Shown one piece after another: positions 52,477-64,000 of a stretch of 64,000 bases of DNA; positions within the stretch are counted from its first letter, which is position 1; every line of letters starts with the position of its first letter. The translations under genes were made by a program, and so were the position numbers. This DNA is from Lytechinus pictus (lineage: Eukaryota). The stretch covers positions 35,094,001 through 35,158,000 of the forward strand of contig NC_087245.1 of the NCBI RefSeq assembly GCF_037042905.1. Reading direction: 5' to 3'. The notes beneath the pieces were generated by a model. The model did no database searches, had not been told where the DNA came from, and saw only the letters and a program-made list of their open reading frames with translations.

Positions 52477-52722
52477 CACTGTTAGAAAATTTATCCTTAA
52501 AATAAAAGAAGTTCCTGCAGCAGAGTCTCGAGAACACCAGTAATCTTACCAGATTGCATAATCTTACAGGAAATTGGTATTTTGTGTATGGAATCTTACA
52601 AATTTCCTTCAATAAAACAACCTTTTCCCCTTTTTAAACAGACCTGAATTTACAGAATGATTCTGTTATTGCTTTCTGCAATTTTTTTTTCTCCCTGTAA
52701 AATCACAGTTTTTTTAACAGTG
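52477..52722. mobile_element. CACTG-type MITE, TA flanks
   Basis: ta|cactgttagaaaa ... ttttttaacagtg|ta. Confidence 0.75.
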
Positions 52723-53682
52723 TAGGCAAAGAATATAGCTGCAACCTCCACTTAGATCATATTCTCGCTTCATATCATATGGCTTCAAAGTATCTAAGAA
52801 TAAATTCCTAGGAGCATGAACCAAGTAAATTATTTACATATATGTATGAAAAAAAATGAAAAGAATATGGAACAGAACAGTTTAATCTACTTGATAATAA
52901 TTAGGCAGGGATTTGATTGAAATTCCAAGGGTTTTCAATCAAGTTCTGATCTTGCATTGATATTCTGTTGACCGATACACACTTACCATGATTTCACCCA
53001 AGTTGTAGGGTAATAGGAATGGTAGCTTCAGGACATTCCACAGTTAAAATGAAATCCATGTCATTTTCACCAAGTTTTGCACAGAATTACTTTAGCATCT
53101 TAATATTCCAATTATGCAAAAAATTATATGGGTTCTTTCTCTTTTTTTTTTTTTTTGGTATCAAGCTTTGAAATTCTGCCATTTGAAAATTCTTGTGAAT
53201 TACACAGTAAAAAGATTTGAGCATTTTTAGACCTCAGGAGATCACAACTTTGAGTTTAATATCCTCTTTTACTCGGACAAAATCCATGCCTTTTCACAAA
53301 ATTTTATGGTATAGTTAAAAAATGTATACTTAATATTGAGAATTCATTCATATGGCTGTTTGTTTACTCTTGTAAGGCTAGCGGGACCTTCAATTTTGAA
53401 AAACATGAATGTGCTATAGATGACAAAACATATTTTAACAAAGTATGAAATTTCTACAACAAATTTAAGAAGTACAATGAATTCTGCAGTTTATTCAAAA
53501 CCCCACAATGTGCAAGGTTTTAAAGGAAGGTATAATGAAGAGGCGTATTGTTTTCAAACTATCAGCACTTTTATTGGAGCACTTGTGCTTTTTAAAACAC
53601 CAAAAATAAGCCAAAGTGTTTGTATCTGTGTGAGAAAAAAATTCTTAACCACTCTCTCATATTCGTCAAATAAATAATTTCA

Positions 53683-53945
53683 CATTTATCCCTTTTTCTA
53701 TTTATTTTCTTGCTTTTTCTTTCTTTTCCTTGGTAGTGAACATTTGGGGGGGGGGGTCCAATAGCCACTTAAGCCCCCTCCCCCATCTGTACACCAGTGG
53801 CAGTTGATGTGGAAATCAACTGGGACAATCATTTATCCCTTTTTCTATTTATTTTCTTGCTTTTTCTCCTTTTTCCTTAGTAGTGAAAATTTGGGGGGTT
53901 CCAATAGCCACTTAAGCCCCCTCCCCCATCTGTACACCAGTGGCA
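53683..53945. repeat. Direct duplication of about 118 bp (53683-53802 and 53830-53945)
   Basis: catttatccctttttctattt...ccaatagccacttaagcccc...tgtacaccagtggca occurs twice. Confidence 0.9.
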
Positions 53946-54242
53946 TAATAATAATTCATCGTCTGTTCGTGTGACGTCAAGATCATGATGCGCATAGACA
54001 TTGTCATGTCTTCATTCAACGTGAATAGATTGTAACTTTATAATTTCTATTTTTTTCACTATTTTTTTTTTTTTCATTTATTACTATTTTTATTAATGAT
54101 GTCATACAATATTGCAAATTATCTACAGTAATGCATATTTCTTTATTAAAATGAATATTTCAAACATAACTAACGTTTGATATCGGTGTGTTTGAGCATA
54201 GTAAGTAGTATTTATCAATGGTGGTCCAATAAGGGTTATATG

Positions 54243-54373
54243 GGGCCCGTAACACAAAGTTTATAGCAATGATCGTAGAACATTTTTCTACGATTGATTG
54301 CATTGGTTACAATGTACAATCAACCGTTGAAATCAAGCATACGATTAATCGCTAACCTTTGTGTTACGGGACC
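54243..54373. mobile_element. Short Harbinger-like MITE
   Basis: gggcccgtaacacaaag / ctttgtgttacgggacc. Confidence 0.75.
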
Positions 54374-54735
54374 CAGGTGTGGTTACGTATGTGTGGAATT
54401 GAGTCTTTAAAGATATCATGATATCAATTAGGAAAAAGAAGATAGAGAAGAAGAGGAGTATAGGGAGAAGAAGAGGAGTAAAGGGAGAAGAAGAAGATGG
54501 GAAGAGGAAGAGCTGAAGAGACAGAAGAGGAGGATGAGAAAGAAAAGGAAAAAACGGATTAATTATCTATCATTTCAAAATTTAAAAAATAATTAGGAAG
54601 ATAAGCGGTGGAGAAGAAAAAGGGGAAATATTGCTGACAGAGATGAAGCCCTTCATACTTTTCAAAATTGTATTTTGCATTTTGGCACTGTATTACGCAA
54701 TACATCGTGTAGTTGCACAATACATGTAGGCCTGT

Positions 54736-55229
54736 CGGGGGGGGGGGGGGGAGTCAAATGTATTGCTGTACACACGCGTGGCCAAATTATTTCCAAACAC
54801 CCCCTAAACAAGTTTTTCGCGGGCTTTATTTAGACATGTTGCCCCCTAAACAAGTTGTCGCCAGAATATGACCCCGGGGAAAAAGCTTTGGAAAAAAAAA
54901 TACCCTAAATACGTTTGACCCTGCGATTTACCATTGACCAGTCTTTCAAAACTGCCCCTTTTTTTGAAAATCGGTGTTTAGGGTCAAATTTGTGAGGGTA
55001 TAAAAAGACTAAAATGTTTTATAAAGGATGTACTTTTTGCCCCAACATTACGTATTTAGAGTCCGATAATTTGCGGGAGGTGTGGAAACGAAATAGATAC
55101 CCTTTTTTCATTGTTTTAGTGTTTTTTACGTTACGTATACGTAACGTGCCCTATCTTGAAAAAGACATCCTTTTTACATGTTTTTTGGTCGCGCATGGTA
55201 TCCACTCGTCAATGTAAGTGGCCCCCGGG
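54736..55229. mobile_element. Chimeric MITE: family B left part, family A interior, inverted family A left end
   Basis: 54760-54975 matches 19595-19900; 54975-55085 matches family A interior in the forward orientation; 55090-55229 is the reverse complement of the family A left end. Confidence 0.75.
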
Positions 55230-55818
55230 AGGTCATGTCAGATCGCATCAGATTATATCATTTCAGTCGTGGCAATTTGATCGTAGAAAACTTTTGAATG
55301 GTCCAAAAATTTTCGCGTTCAGTAACGACTAACGAAAGACAATTCGCGTTGCTCGCAATTCATCTCGTAAGACAGTAATCAGGAGCCTACTACCCTCTCC
55401 AGAAGTTTTAAATGTGTGTGAGCGTAGCGAACGAGGGAGTAATTCTTTTGATTAAAAAAAAAGCTATTATTCACATTAATTTCAGAGACCTTTGGTTTTC
55501 AAAGTGGGGGGGGGGAGTTTTTTGATTTAGGAAAAGAAAGAGATATTGACTGCAAATTAGATTTCTAATTTTCCGAAAGAATTTTGAAATTAAGTTGCGA
55601 TTAAGTGCAATTTTTATCATTTTTTGCGGTGGTCGTGGATTTCATTTTTGTTATTATTTTTTTCTCGGAGGGTTGTATTTTCTTGTTATCATTACATATT
55701 AATGTTCTTTATTGATCATAAATGTGTGGTCAAGCATTATAGTCCTATTACTTCTACCACTAATGACATGACTGATATCACTGCAACAATATTGCTTTAA
55801 TTTTGTCTTCTTCTTCTT

Positions 55819-55850
<32 letters not shown>

Positions 55851-56113
55851 ACTACTACTACTACTACTATTAATAATAAAAATGAAAATAATAATACTAA
55901 TACAGGGCAATTCAAAGGATTTTGAAGTTCATTAATTTGTTCATTTTTTTTGTTACATGTGCAAAGGGATTTTTTTTCGAGTATCGCTGTTATGATGATT
56001 TATACTAGTGCGGTAGTAGAAGCAGTAGTAGAGGTCACACACAAAAAACAACAGTCAATGATACACTATTATTATAACAGATATAAAAAATGATTGTAAT
56101 TAAACTTGAAAAA

Positions 56114-57291
56114 AAAACCACCTTCTCTTCCGGAAATAATGAATTAAATTCGTCAATGTAATGTGTTTATCATTTACCTCAAACACATTCTGTTTCCCTC
56201 TTTCTGAAACAGCGAACGGCTTGAAGTTTCCTTATTAAGACTTGTGATAATGTGAGGTAAGTTCCATGAATAAAAGCCCAAATCAGTGTGAGAAAGTCCA
56301 ATAAAAACGAGAATGAAACATCCGTATTTCTTGTTCTTATGCAAAAGTAAACAAACAGGTGCGCCGTGGCCATTCCCTTGGTTACCGCGCCCCGATTGGC
56401 TGAAAGTTTTCATTCTGCGCACATCGCATTGTGATATCACGTCAGAAAGTTCGTTGACTTTTCGGATTGACCTATTTCTAGGGACGAGAAGGCCCTGGGG
56501 TGCGTATACTGACTGTATGCTGGGCATCATTAATCGTCCTACCAATCGAAATTTTCTCTTTTTAATTTCCAATTATTTCATTTTGTCCGTTATTGTTATT
56601 TTGGATGTTTAAGATTAATTTAGGAGGAAGGAGGTATTGAAAAGGATAACACATTTTAGATAATGGCCATGGTAGTTTTTAATGCTAAAAAACCTAAATA
56701 CTTCAAGGAAAAAAAGTCTTGGAACTTCCGGTCAATGTAAACGATCAGACAATCAATAATTTCCTATACTGGTGAAAAGGAAGTTGATTCCCTTCTTGAA
56801 TTCTTACCATCTTTTTAATATGAATTTTTATTTATTCTTTTTTTTTGGGGGGGGGGGGTCGACCAGGGCTGATAATCATTTATCATTTTGCCGACAAAAT
56901 CCTTTTACCTTCAATATTATTAGAATAGAAGGTAATTCTAATAAAGAACTTACCCAAAAAAATTGTGGGAATTTCATATAGAAAATTTCTCGGGAGCTGT
57001 AAAAAAAAATACCTGTCGGATGTTTTTATTCTCCCAATTCGCTTAAACCAATATTCTAAATAAAACGAGTAAGCCTAAAAACCAATGTTTTTCTCAATCC
57101 ATCAAAAAGTGAAGCTATATTATTACCTTTTTTTTCATATGACAAAGGTTGATTAAACACTCTCCTGCATGGATCCGCCACTTCGGCGTTATTTTACAAG
57201 TCGAAAATTTGATCATGATTTTCTAGCGCTTAAAATAACCTTTTATGTTTTGTGCGAAGACTTTCACGAATCTGATTGTTCAGGGTGCGTG

Positions 57292-57329
<38 letters not shown>

Positions 57330-57330
57330 G

Positions 57331-57386
<56 letters not shown>

Positions 57387-59430
57387 GCTACTTCTACTGC
57401 TACTACTACTACTTCTACTACTACAACTACTACTACTACTATATCACTGCTACTACTACTACTACTACTACTATTGCTACTGCTACTTCTACTACTTCTA
57501 CTCCTACTACTACTACTACTACAACTACTACTACTGCTGCTGCTACTGCTACTTCTACTACTTCTACTACTACTACTACTACTACTACTACTATACTACT
57601 ATACTACTTCCACCACTACTTCTACTAGAAAGATTTCTACTTCTACTGCTTCTACTACTGCACTAGTATAAATTTTTATAAGAGCGATACTCGAAAAAAA
57701 AATCACTTTGCAGATGTAACAAAAAGAAATGAACAAAGTAATGAACTTTAAAATCCTTTGAAACGCCCTGTATTAGAGTCTTCCCCAAATTATTTTCATC
57801 CCAAGTATTTGCATGAATGGAAATTCATACTGAGATAATTTATTGGGATTTTTTCGAAATGAGCTGGTCGGTCGACAAATATCCGCTTTTCTGGTCAGAT
57901 TCTATGAAAAGTCAGATACTGGTAGAAATAATTTGTCCCTCTAATTTCATTATAATTTTGCACAGAATAAAAAAATAGATGACATAGAGATTGTCAATCT
58001 TAAGTTTAATTTCACTGGAACTTTCTTAGTCGCCCAAGAAAGCTTGATAAGATTGTCATAATCCTCTCTGCGATCAAGATTGCCAGTTATATTGGACTGA
58101 TCCAAGAAGAGAAGAAATAAAAGAAATTAGGCCATTTCATGTATTGGCGTTTCGGGAATGGTATTCCAAGGAAAAAAGACGGGAAATTTTATTTTCCCAA
58201 TTTAAAACACCAGCCTTTAAATCTGTACAAGATGAAAAGGTTATACAGTCGTGCATCCTGAGCAATCAGATTCGTGAAAGTCTTCACACAAAACATTATT
58301 TAGAGCACTAGAAAATCATGACCAAATTTTCGACTTTCAAAATGGCGCCGAAGTGGCGATTCCATGCAGGAGAGCGTTTCATCAACATTTGTCATCTGAA
58401 AAAAAAGTAATAATATAAGCTCTACTTTTTGATGGATTGTGAAAAACAGTGGGTTTTTAGACCTACTCGTTTTATTTTGAATTTCGGTTTAAGCGAATTG
58501 GGAAGATAAAACATCTGACAGGTATTTTTTTTACAGCTCCCGAGAAATTTTACACATTAAAAGGCCCGCAATTTTTTGTGTGCATTCTTTATTTAAATGT
58601 CCTTCTAACAATAAGGTGAAAGGATCCTGTCTGCAAAATGATGAAATTATCAGCCCCGGTCGACCCCCCCCCAAAAAAAAAAGAATAAAGGAAAGATTAA
58701 AAAGAAGAATATTAAAAAGATGGTTAGAATTCAAGAAGGGAACCAACTTTCTTTTGACCAATAAAGGCAAATATTGATTGTCTGACCGTTCACATTGACC
58801 GGAAGCTCCAAGACTTTTTCCATGAAGTATTTAGATTTTTGAGCATTATTATCTACCATGGCCATTATCTAAAATGTGTTCTCCTTTTCAATGCCTCCTC
58901 CTATCCCTCCTAAATTCATCTTAAACATCCAAAATAACAATAACGGACAAAATAAAATGATTGGAAAGTAAAAACAGATAATTTCGATTGGTAGGACGAT
59001 TAATGATGCCCAGTATACAGTCAGTACACGCACCTTTAATAAAGGGCCTCTGGTCCCTAGAAATAGGTCAATCCGTGAAGTCAACGAACTTTCTGATTTG
59101 ACATCACAATGCGATGTGCGCAGAGTGAAAACTTTCAGCCAATCGAGGCGCGGTAACCAATGGAATGGCCACGGCGCACCTGTTTGTTTACTTTTTTATT
59201 GCATATGGCCTGGACAAGCAATACGGATGTTTCATTCTCGTTTAATGGACTTTCAGACACTGACTTGGGCTTTTATTCATGGAACTTACCTCACATTATC
59301 ACAAGTCTGAATTAGGAAGCTTCAAGTCGTTTGCTGTTTCAGATAGAGGGAAACAGAATGTGTTTGAGGTAAATGATAAACACATTACATTGACTTTTTT
59401 AGTCATTATTTTCGGAAGAGAAGGTGTTTT
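56114..59430. repeat. Large imperfect inverted duplication, arms about 56114-57290 and 58251-59430
   Basis: Colinear reverse-complement similarity over about 1.17 kb, e.g. catttacctcaaacacattctgtttccctc vs gagggaaacagaatgtgtttgaggtaaatg. Confidence 0.92.
57292..57660. repeat. (CTA)n microsatellite
   Basis: Direct inspection; explains the poly-T/L/Y ORFs. Confidence 0.95.
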
Positions 59431-59489
59431 TCTATTTTATTTTCTACATACACTATAATTTTCCGCCATTGCATATTTTAGCTACACTA

Positions 59490-60866
59490 CATTGCGTAAA
59501 AAAGAAAACGGGACAATTTTGAAAAGTCTATCAAAATTTTGTTTCAAATTATGATGTCCATATTTTGTTGTTCATAGATGGTCTGAAGTCTTATCTTTCA
59601 AATGCCATTAAAAAAACTCAGTTTCGTTCATGCTTGAGCGAACACGGAACACTTTTGTGAGGGGTTTTAAAAAAAAGGCTTGCGCCAAACAGCAGAAAAT
59701 GAGAAAATACTGATCTCAGACTTCCTGCTAATCAGCAAACTTCCTTTTAATCTTGTCATTATCTCTGCCATAATTTTCGAATAATGCTGTCGAAATCTAT
59801 TTACAAATCTATTCATTTACTTAAATTTTTTTGTGTGGTGTTTTTTTAATATTGTATCTTTTACTATTGAATGTTTTTTCATAAGTAAAAACACAAAAAT
59901 TGTCAACCCAAGTAAGGGGATTCGTATTATTAATGGGATAGCTTGTAATTTGATCAAATCCTTTTATTATGGGCTGCAAAGGTTTTGTTGCCTTTGAAAG
60001 ACATAAATCCTTCTGTTAAAATTAATATTGTCATGTCAATCACACAATTTGACTTGTTCAAGGAATCAATGAATCAAGGAATGTCCCCTTGACAATAGGA
60101 TTCATGTCTTTAAAATGCACCATAACCTTTTTTGCACATAATAAAAGGATATGAATAAATTACAAGCTCTTTCATTAATAATGAATATCTCCTTGCTTAG
60201 GTTGACAATTTTTTTTCTTACTTTTGAAAAAACATTCAATGGTAAAAGATACGATATTTAAATGAAACAAGGTGGTTAGCGAACCATAAGTCTCGCCTGA
60301 TTTCGCGATAATTAAAATATGCAATATAATCTTTTGACCCCTAGACGACTTTTGACCCCATCATCCTTATGAATACACATGAAGTATTACCCAAGAATCA
60401 TATGTGCCAAGTATGAACATGATTGATGCAGAAATAAAGAAATCAGAGCAAGTTGAAAAAAAAACTTCAAAAAAGGATGGACATGACCACATACCATTTG
60501 ACTTTTGACCCTTAGACGACATTCGACCTCATCATCCTCATTGACAGATATGTTAACTTATACAATGATAATATTTACCAAGTATGAACATAATTGATGT
60601 AGAAATAAAGAAATGTGAGCAAACTGAGTGAAAACTAGCAAAAAGTCTGATGATCAATATTTTCTAATTTTCTGGCATTTGGCGCAAGCCCTTTTTTTGA
60701 ACCCCTCACAAAAACGCCTTGTGTTCGCTCAAGCATGAACTATTTTTTAAAAGCATTATAAAGATAAGACATCAGAGCATCTATTAACATCAAAATATAG
60801 ACATCATAATTTGAAACAAAATTTTGATAGACTTTTCTAAACTGTCCCTTTTTTTGATACGCACTG
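59490..60866. mobile_element. Tc1/mariner-like long-TIR non-autonomous element with an internal palindrome and a nested Helentron-like piece (60266-60640, reverse)
   Basis: About 200-bp TIRs (ca[t/g]tgcgta...gaaaagtctatcaaaattttgtttcaaattatgatgtc...ggcttgcgccaaa) and an internal inverted repeat at 59850-60260. Confidence 0.8.
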
Positions 60867-60935
60867 TTAGGCCTACTAATTCTACCGCTACTGACACGAC
60901 TGATATCCCTGGAACAATAATGCTTTAACTTTGTA

Positions 60936-61282
<347 letters not shown>

Positions 61283-61954
61283 TAAAGAAAATTAAATGAT
61301 TTAATCATTGGTATCAAACACACATTAATATTCACAAAAACCGAAGAGGGATTATCGATCAAAGTCAGATTTCCAAACTTTTTTTGAAGAGTTTATATAT
61401 ATATATATCATATTGTTCATCTTGTTCGATTATATGGCCCTTCTGACATCTCATTCCACTTGAAAATAATGACAAAAAAATAAAAATATTAAAGCCCCTC
61501 CCCCTGCCTTGGCGACGAAAGAAAAAAAAGAAAGGAATGAAGGAAAGGAAAAATGAAATTAAAATAAAACATAGTGTTATATATACTCCGAATTAATATA
61601 CTCTAATTAATCAATAAGGCACATAATTTAGTTTTCTAAAGCAAGTTTAGTTTACATTGACAGAATGGCTGACATGAGACAAGGGGTGTTATTCTGATAT
61701 CCATGATTGGTTAAACCTTGGTTAACTTAGACCACACTTTTATAGAGTGCCAGTTGTCAACTCATTCACCAGATAAAAAGAATTCTTATCTTGCTACAAA
61801 AAAGGTTGTCACACAATACTTACAATTGTCATTAATATTGAAGAAATATTGTGAAGCCCAGCTTTTCATAGAAGTGTGGTTTAAAATTCTATTTCAGACT
61901 AGGGTTAAACCGATCTTTAGTCAGAATACCACCCAAGATGTCTAGAATAATAAT

Positions 61955-62590
61955 TAGACTGACTTGCAGGCTGACTGACAGAGAGACAGGGGTGATTGCT
62001 TCGTTGATTCGTTGATTGATTGACTGGCAGACTGACAGACTAACTGACAGGCAGAAAGTCTGACAGACAAATTGTCTGGCAGACAAAAGTCTGACACACA
62101 CAAAAACCTTGCAGTCAAAATGACTGACAGACAAAATATCTGACAGACTGACAGATAAAATGACACCAATATCTAACAGACTTTCTTACAGACTGACCGA
62201 TTCAATGATTGCTTCGTTGATTTGTTCATTAATTTATTGATCGATTGTCTGGCAGACTGGCTGACAAGACTTGACAGGCAGAAAGACAAAAAAACGACTG
62301 ACAGATAAAATAGCCTGACAGACAAACAAATTTTACAGACAAAAAATCTGACAGACAAAATGTATGACAGACAAAAAGTCTGACAGACAAAAAAAGGTCT
62401 GACAGATAAAATTACTGAGATACGAGATGACCGACATACAAAATATCTGACAGAGATTCGTTCGTTGATTTATTGATTGATTGACTAACAAAATGGATTG
62501 CAGACTGACAGAATGACAGACAGAATGGCTGACAAGCAGAATGACTAACAGATAACATGACTAACTTATTGCATACTGATTGGTTACTGA
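61955..62590. repeat. GACA/GACT-rich degenerate tandem repeat with a higher-order unit
   Basis: ctgacagacaaaa motif recurs many times; the ttcgttgatt block recurs near 62000, 62214 and 62460. Confidence 0.8.
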
Positions 62591-63524
62591 TTGATATACC
62601 TGGTAAATGCCACTTGCATTGTTTCCTTGTTCACATTTGCATTTAACAATTCAATGAATCAACTTCATGATATAATTGATAAATGCCAATATATTAATAT
62701 TGTGTTCTAATAATTCATTTGCAATCTATAAAGTGGGCGGGAAATGGGGTTATTATCAAACCCTCAAAACCGTTTATATTTTGTGTATGTATCGCTGATT
62801 TTTCAACTTATTTAGAATTTTTAGCTTGCGCGACCGGCCGGGCATCGCGCTTGCATTGATTGTTAATTGAGAAACACATCTTGTTCTTTATTCAATAACG
62901 TGCTTTGAATTTCCAGTTTTCCAATCGAAAGTTTTCCAGACTAGCTCGCGCTTCGGGCTCGACTTATTTTTCAAAATTAGATACACCAGCTCGCACTTGG
63001 CACTTTCATGATTACAAAAAAAAATGCACATGTCCCCTTTTTAGGTCTAACTCTAGAAATTTCAGCACACTCTTCGCCCTCACAAGATAATCGAATCATG
63101 TGTGAGATTTTTACATAATGTTTAGATTAAGATATTAACCCTTTTCTCTTTTTATTTTCTTTCTTTACCTTTTTTTCTAGGTGTTGAATTTTTGTTTGCC
63201 CCACCCCTTCTCTAATCCAATGTGACCCTTTAATATCTCGTAATATTGATGTTTTTTCAACTTGAATATGAAACAAATTATTAGAGGCCTATATGCAAAC
63301 CGCCATTCGATTTTACATGATTTGAGTGATGCATTACTTATTTATAATATTTATGAGCCTTATGCTCATAAATATTATCATTGATCAAACTGAAGCCCAT
63401 ACAAGAAGCAAGGAGTTTCTTTAAAACGATGCAGACAATCACCGCCCATAAACAATACGCCGAGTCAGTGTTCATTCAAAATAGGTTAATGCGGTATATG
63501 CACTGAGGCGAATGAGCACACAAT

Positions 63525-63540
63525 GGCGGGAAATTTTGAA
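63525..63540 (+). promoter_or_regulatory. Candidate E2F/CDE-CHR tandem element of a downstream gene promoter
   Basis: GGCGGG-AAAT-TTTGAA with the canonical 4-nt spacer, in a locally CpG-richer stretch about 250 nt upstream of a consensus AAG|gtaagt donor. Confidence 0.5.
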
Positions 63541-63789
63541 AAGCTGATGGACAGCCGAAAGTGAATGTCTTTTGTCGACAGGAATGCAAGCCATGTGACA
63601 ACAGTAATGGCGGACATGAGAAGGCGCCACAACGACCATGAGGACAGCAAATCTATAAGTATAACCAGCGGATAAGTGTTCTCAAATAATTGGACATCAG
63701 ACAGATTTTCTTTTCCTGATATTACTACATTCATGGGAGAAAAAGAAGGAAGCTGCAGTGATTTTAAACATGATTTTTGTAATGACAAG
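63541..63789 (+). other. Possible first exon of an unidentified downstream gene
   Basis: Follows the promoter-like motif and ends at AAG|gtaagt (63789/63790). ATGs at 63607 and 63733. No recognisable protein; the 5' boundary is approximate. Confidence 0.35.
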
Positions 63790-64000
63790 GTAAGTGTGAG
63801 TGCACATGGAGATGTAACTGAGAACAAGGTTATATCATTACCTTGTTCATTGAATGAGTGTTACAACCCAGGACCAAAATCCAATTGAAACCAGTTGGAT
63901 TTCACTTCAGGTGGTACTCCGGGCTGAAAATGATTTTAAGTATTAAGAACAGTCAAATTCATCGAGCAAATCGCTAAATAGTTCATCAGAATCTGGAAAT

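Noticed and set aside
56174..56612. ORFs in the large inverted duplication as a duplicated gene
   Set aside because: Frames are not conserved between the two arms and there is no recognisable domain or splice pattern.
57169..57671. Poly-Leu/Tyr/Thr ORFs (likewise 60931-61299, 41675-42007, 11521-11962)
   Set aside because: Translations of trinucleotide microsatellites.

Overview
AT-rich, intron-containing animal genomic DNA. The repeat landscape suggests a marine invertebrate such as a sea urchin, but that is an inference. The main feature is a + strand aspartyl/asparaginyl beta-hydroxylase (ASPH) gene. Thirteen GT-AG coding exons between 10881 and 45181 splice in frame into about 1200 codons: a type II transmembrane anchor, a very large charged/Pro-rich luminal region with ten 99-bp coding repeats, TPR repeats, and an intact Fe(II)/2-oxoglutarate hydroxylase domain. 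The start-codon exon was not found. Introns and flanks are packed with non-autonomous transposons, many of them nested: TTAA-flanked Kolobok-like and piggyBac-like MITEs, Harbinger-like, hAT-like, CACTG-type and Tc1/mariner-like MITEs, Helentron/DINE-like elements with internal tandem arrays, tRNA-derived SINEs and an L2-like LINE 3' end. Downstream lie a 1.2-kb inverted duplication with microsatellites and, at the window end, a probable promoter/first exon with an E2F(CDE)-CHR motif. I found no convincing novel multi-gene system. The most unusual items are the repeat-expanded, frame-symmetric giant ASPH exon, a decayed duplicate of the catalytic exon that keeps its splice acceptor, and a MITE flanked by a 69-bp direct duplication. 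Transposon superfamily labels rest only on termini and target-site duplications (TSDs), with no database search.
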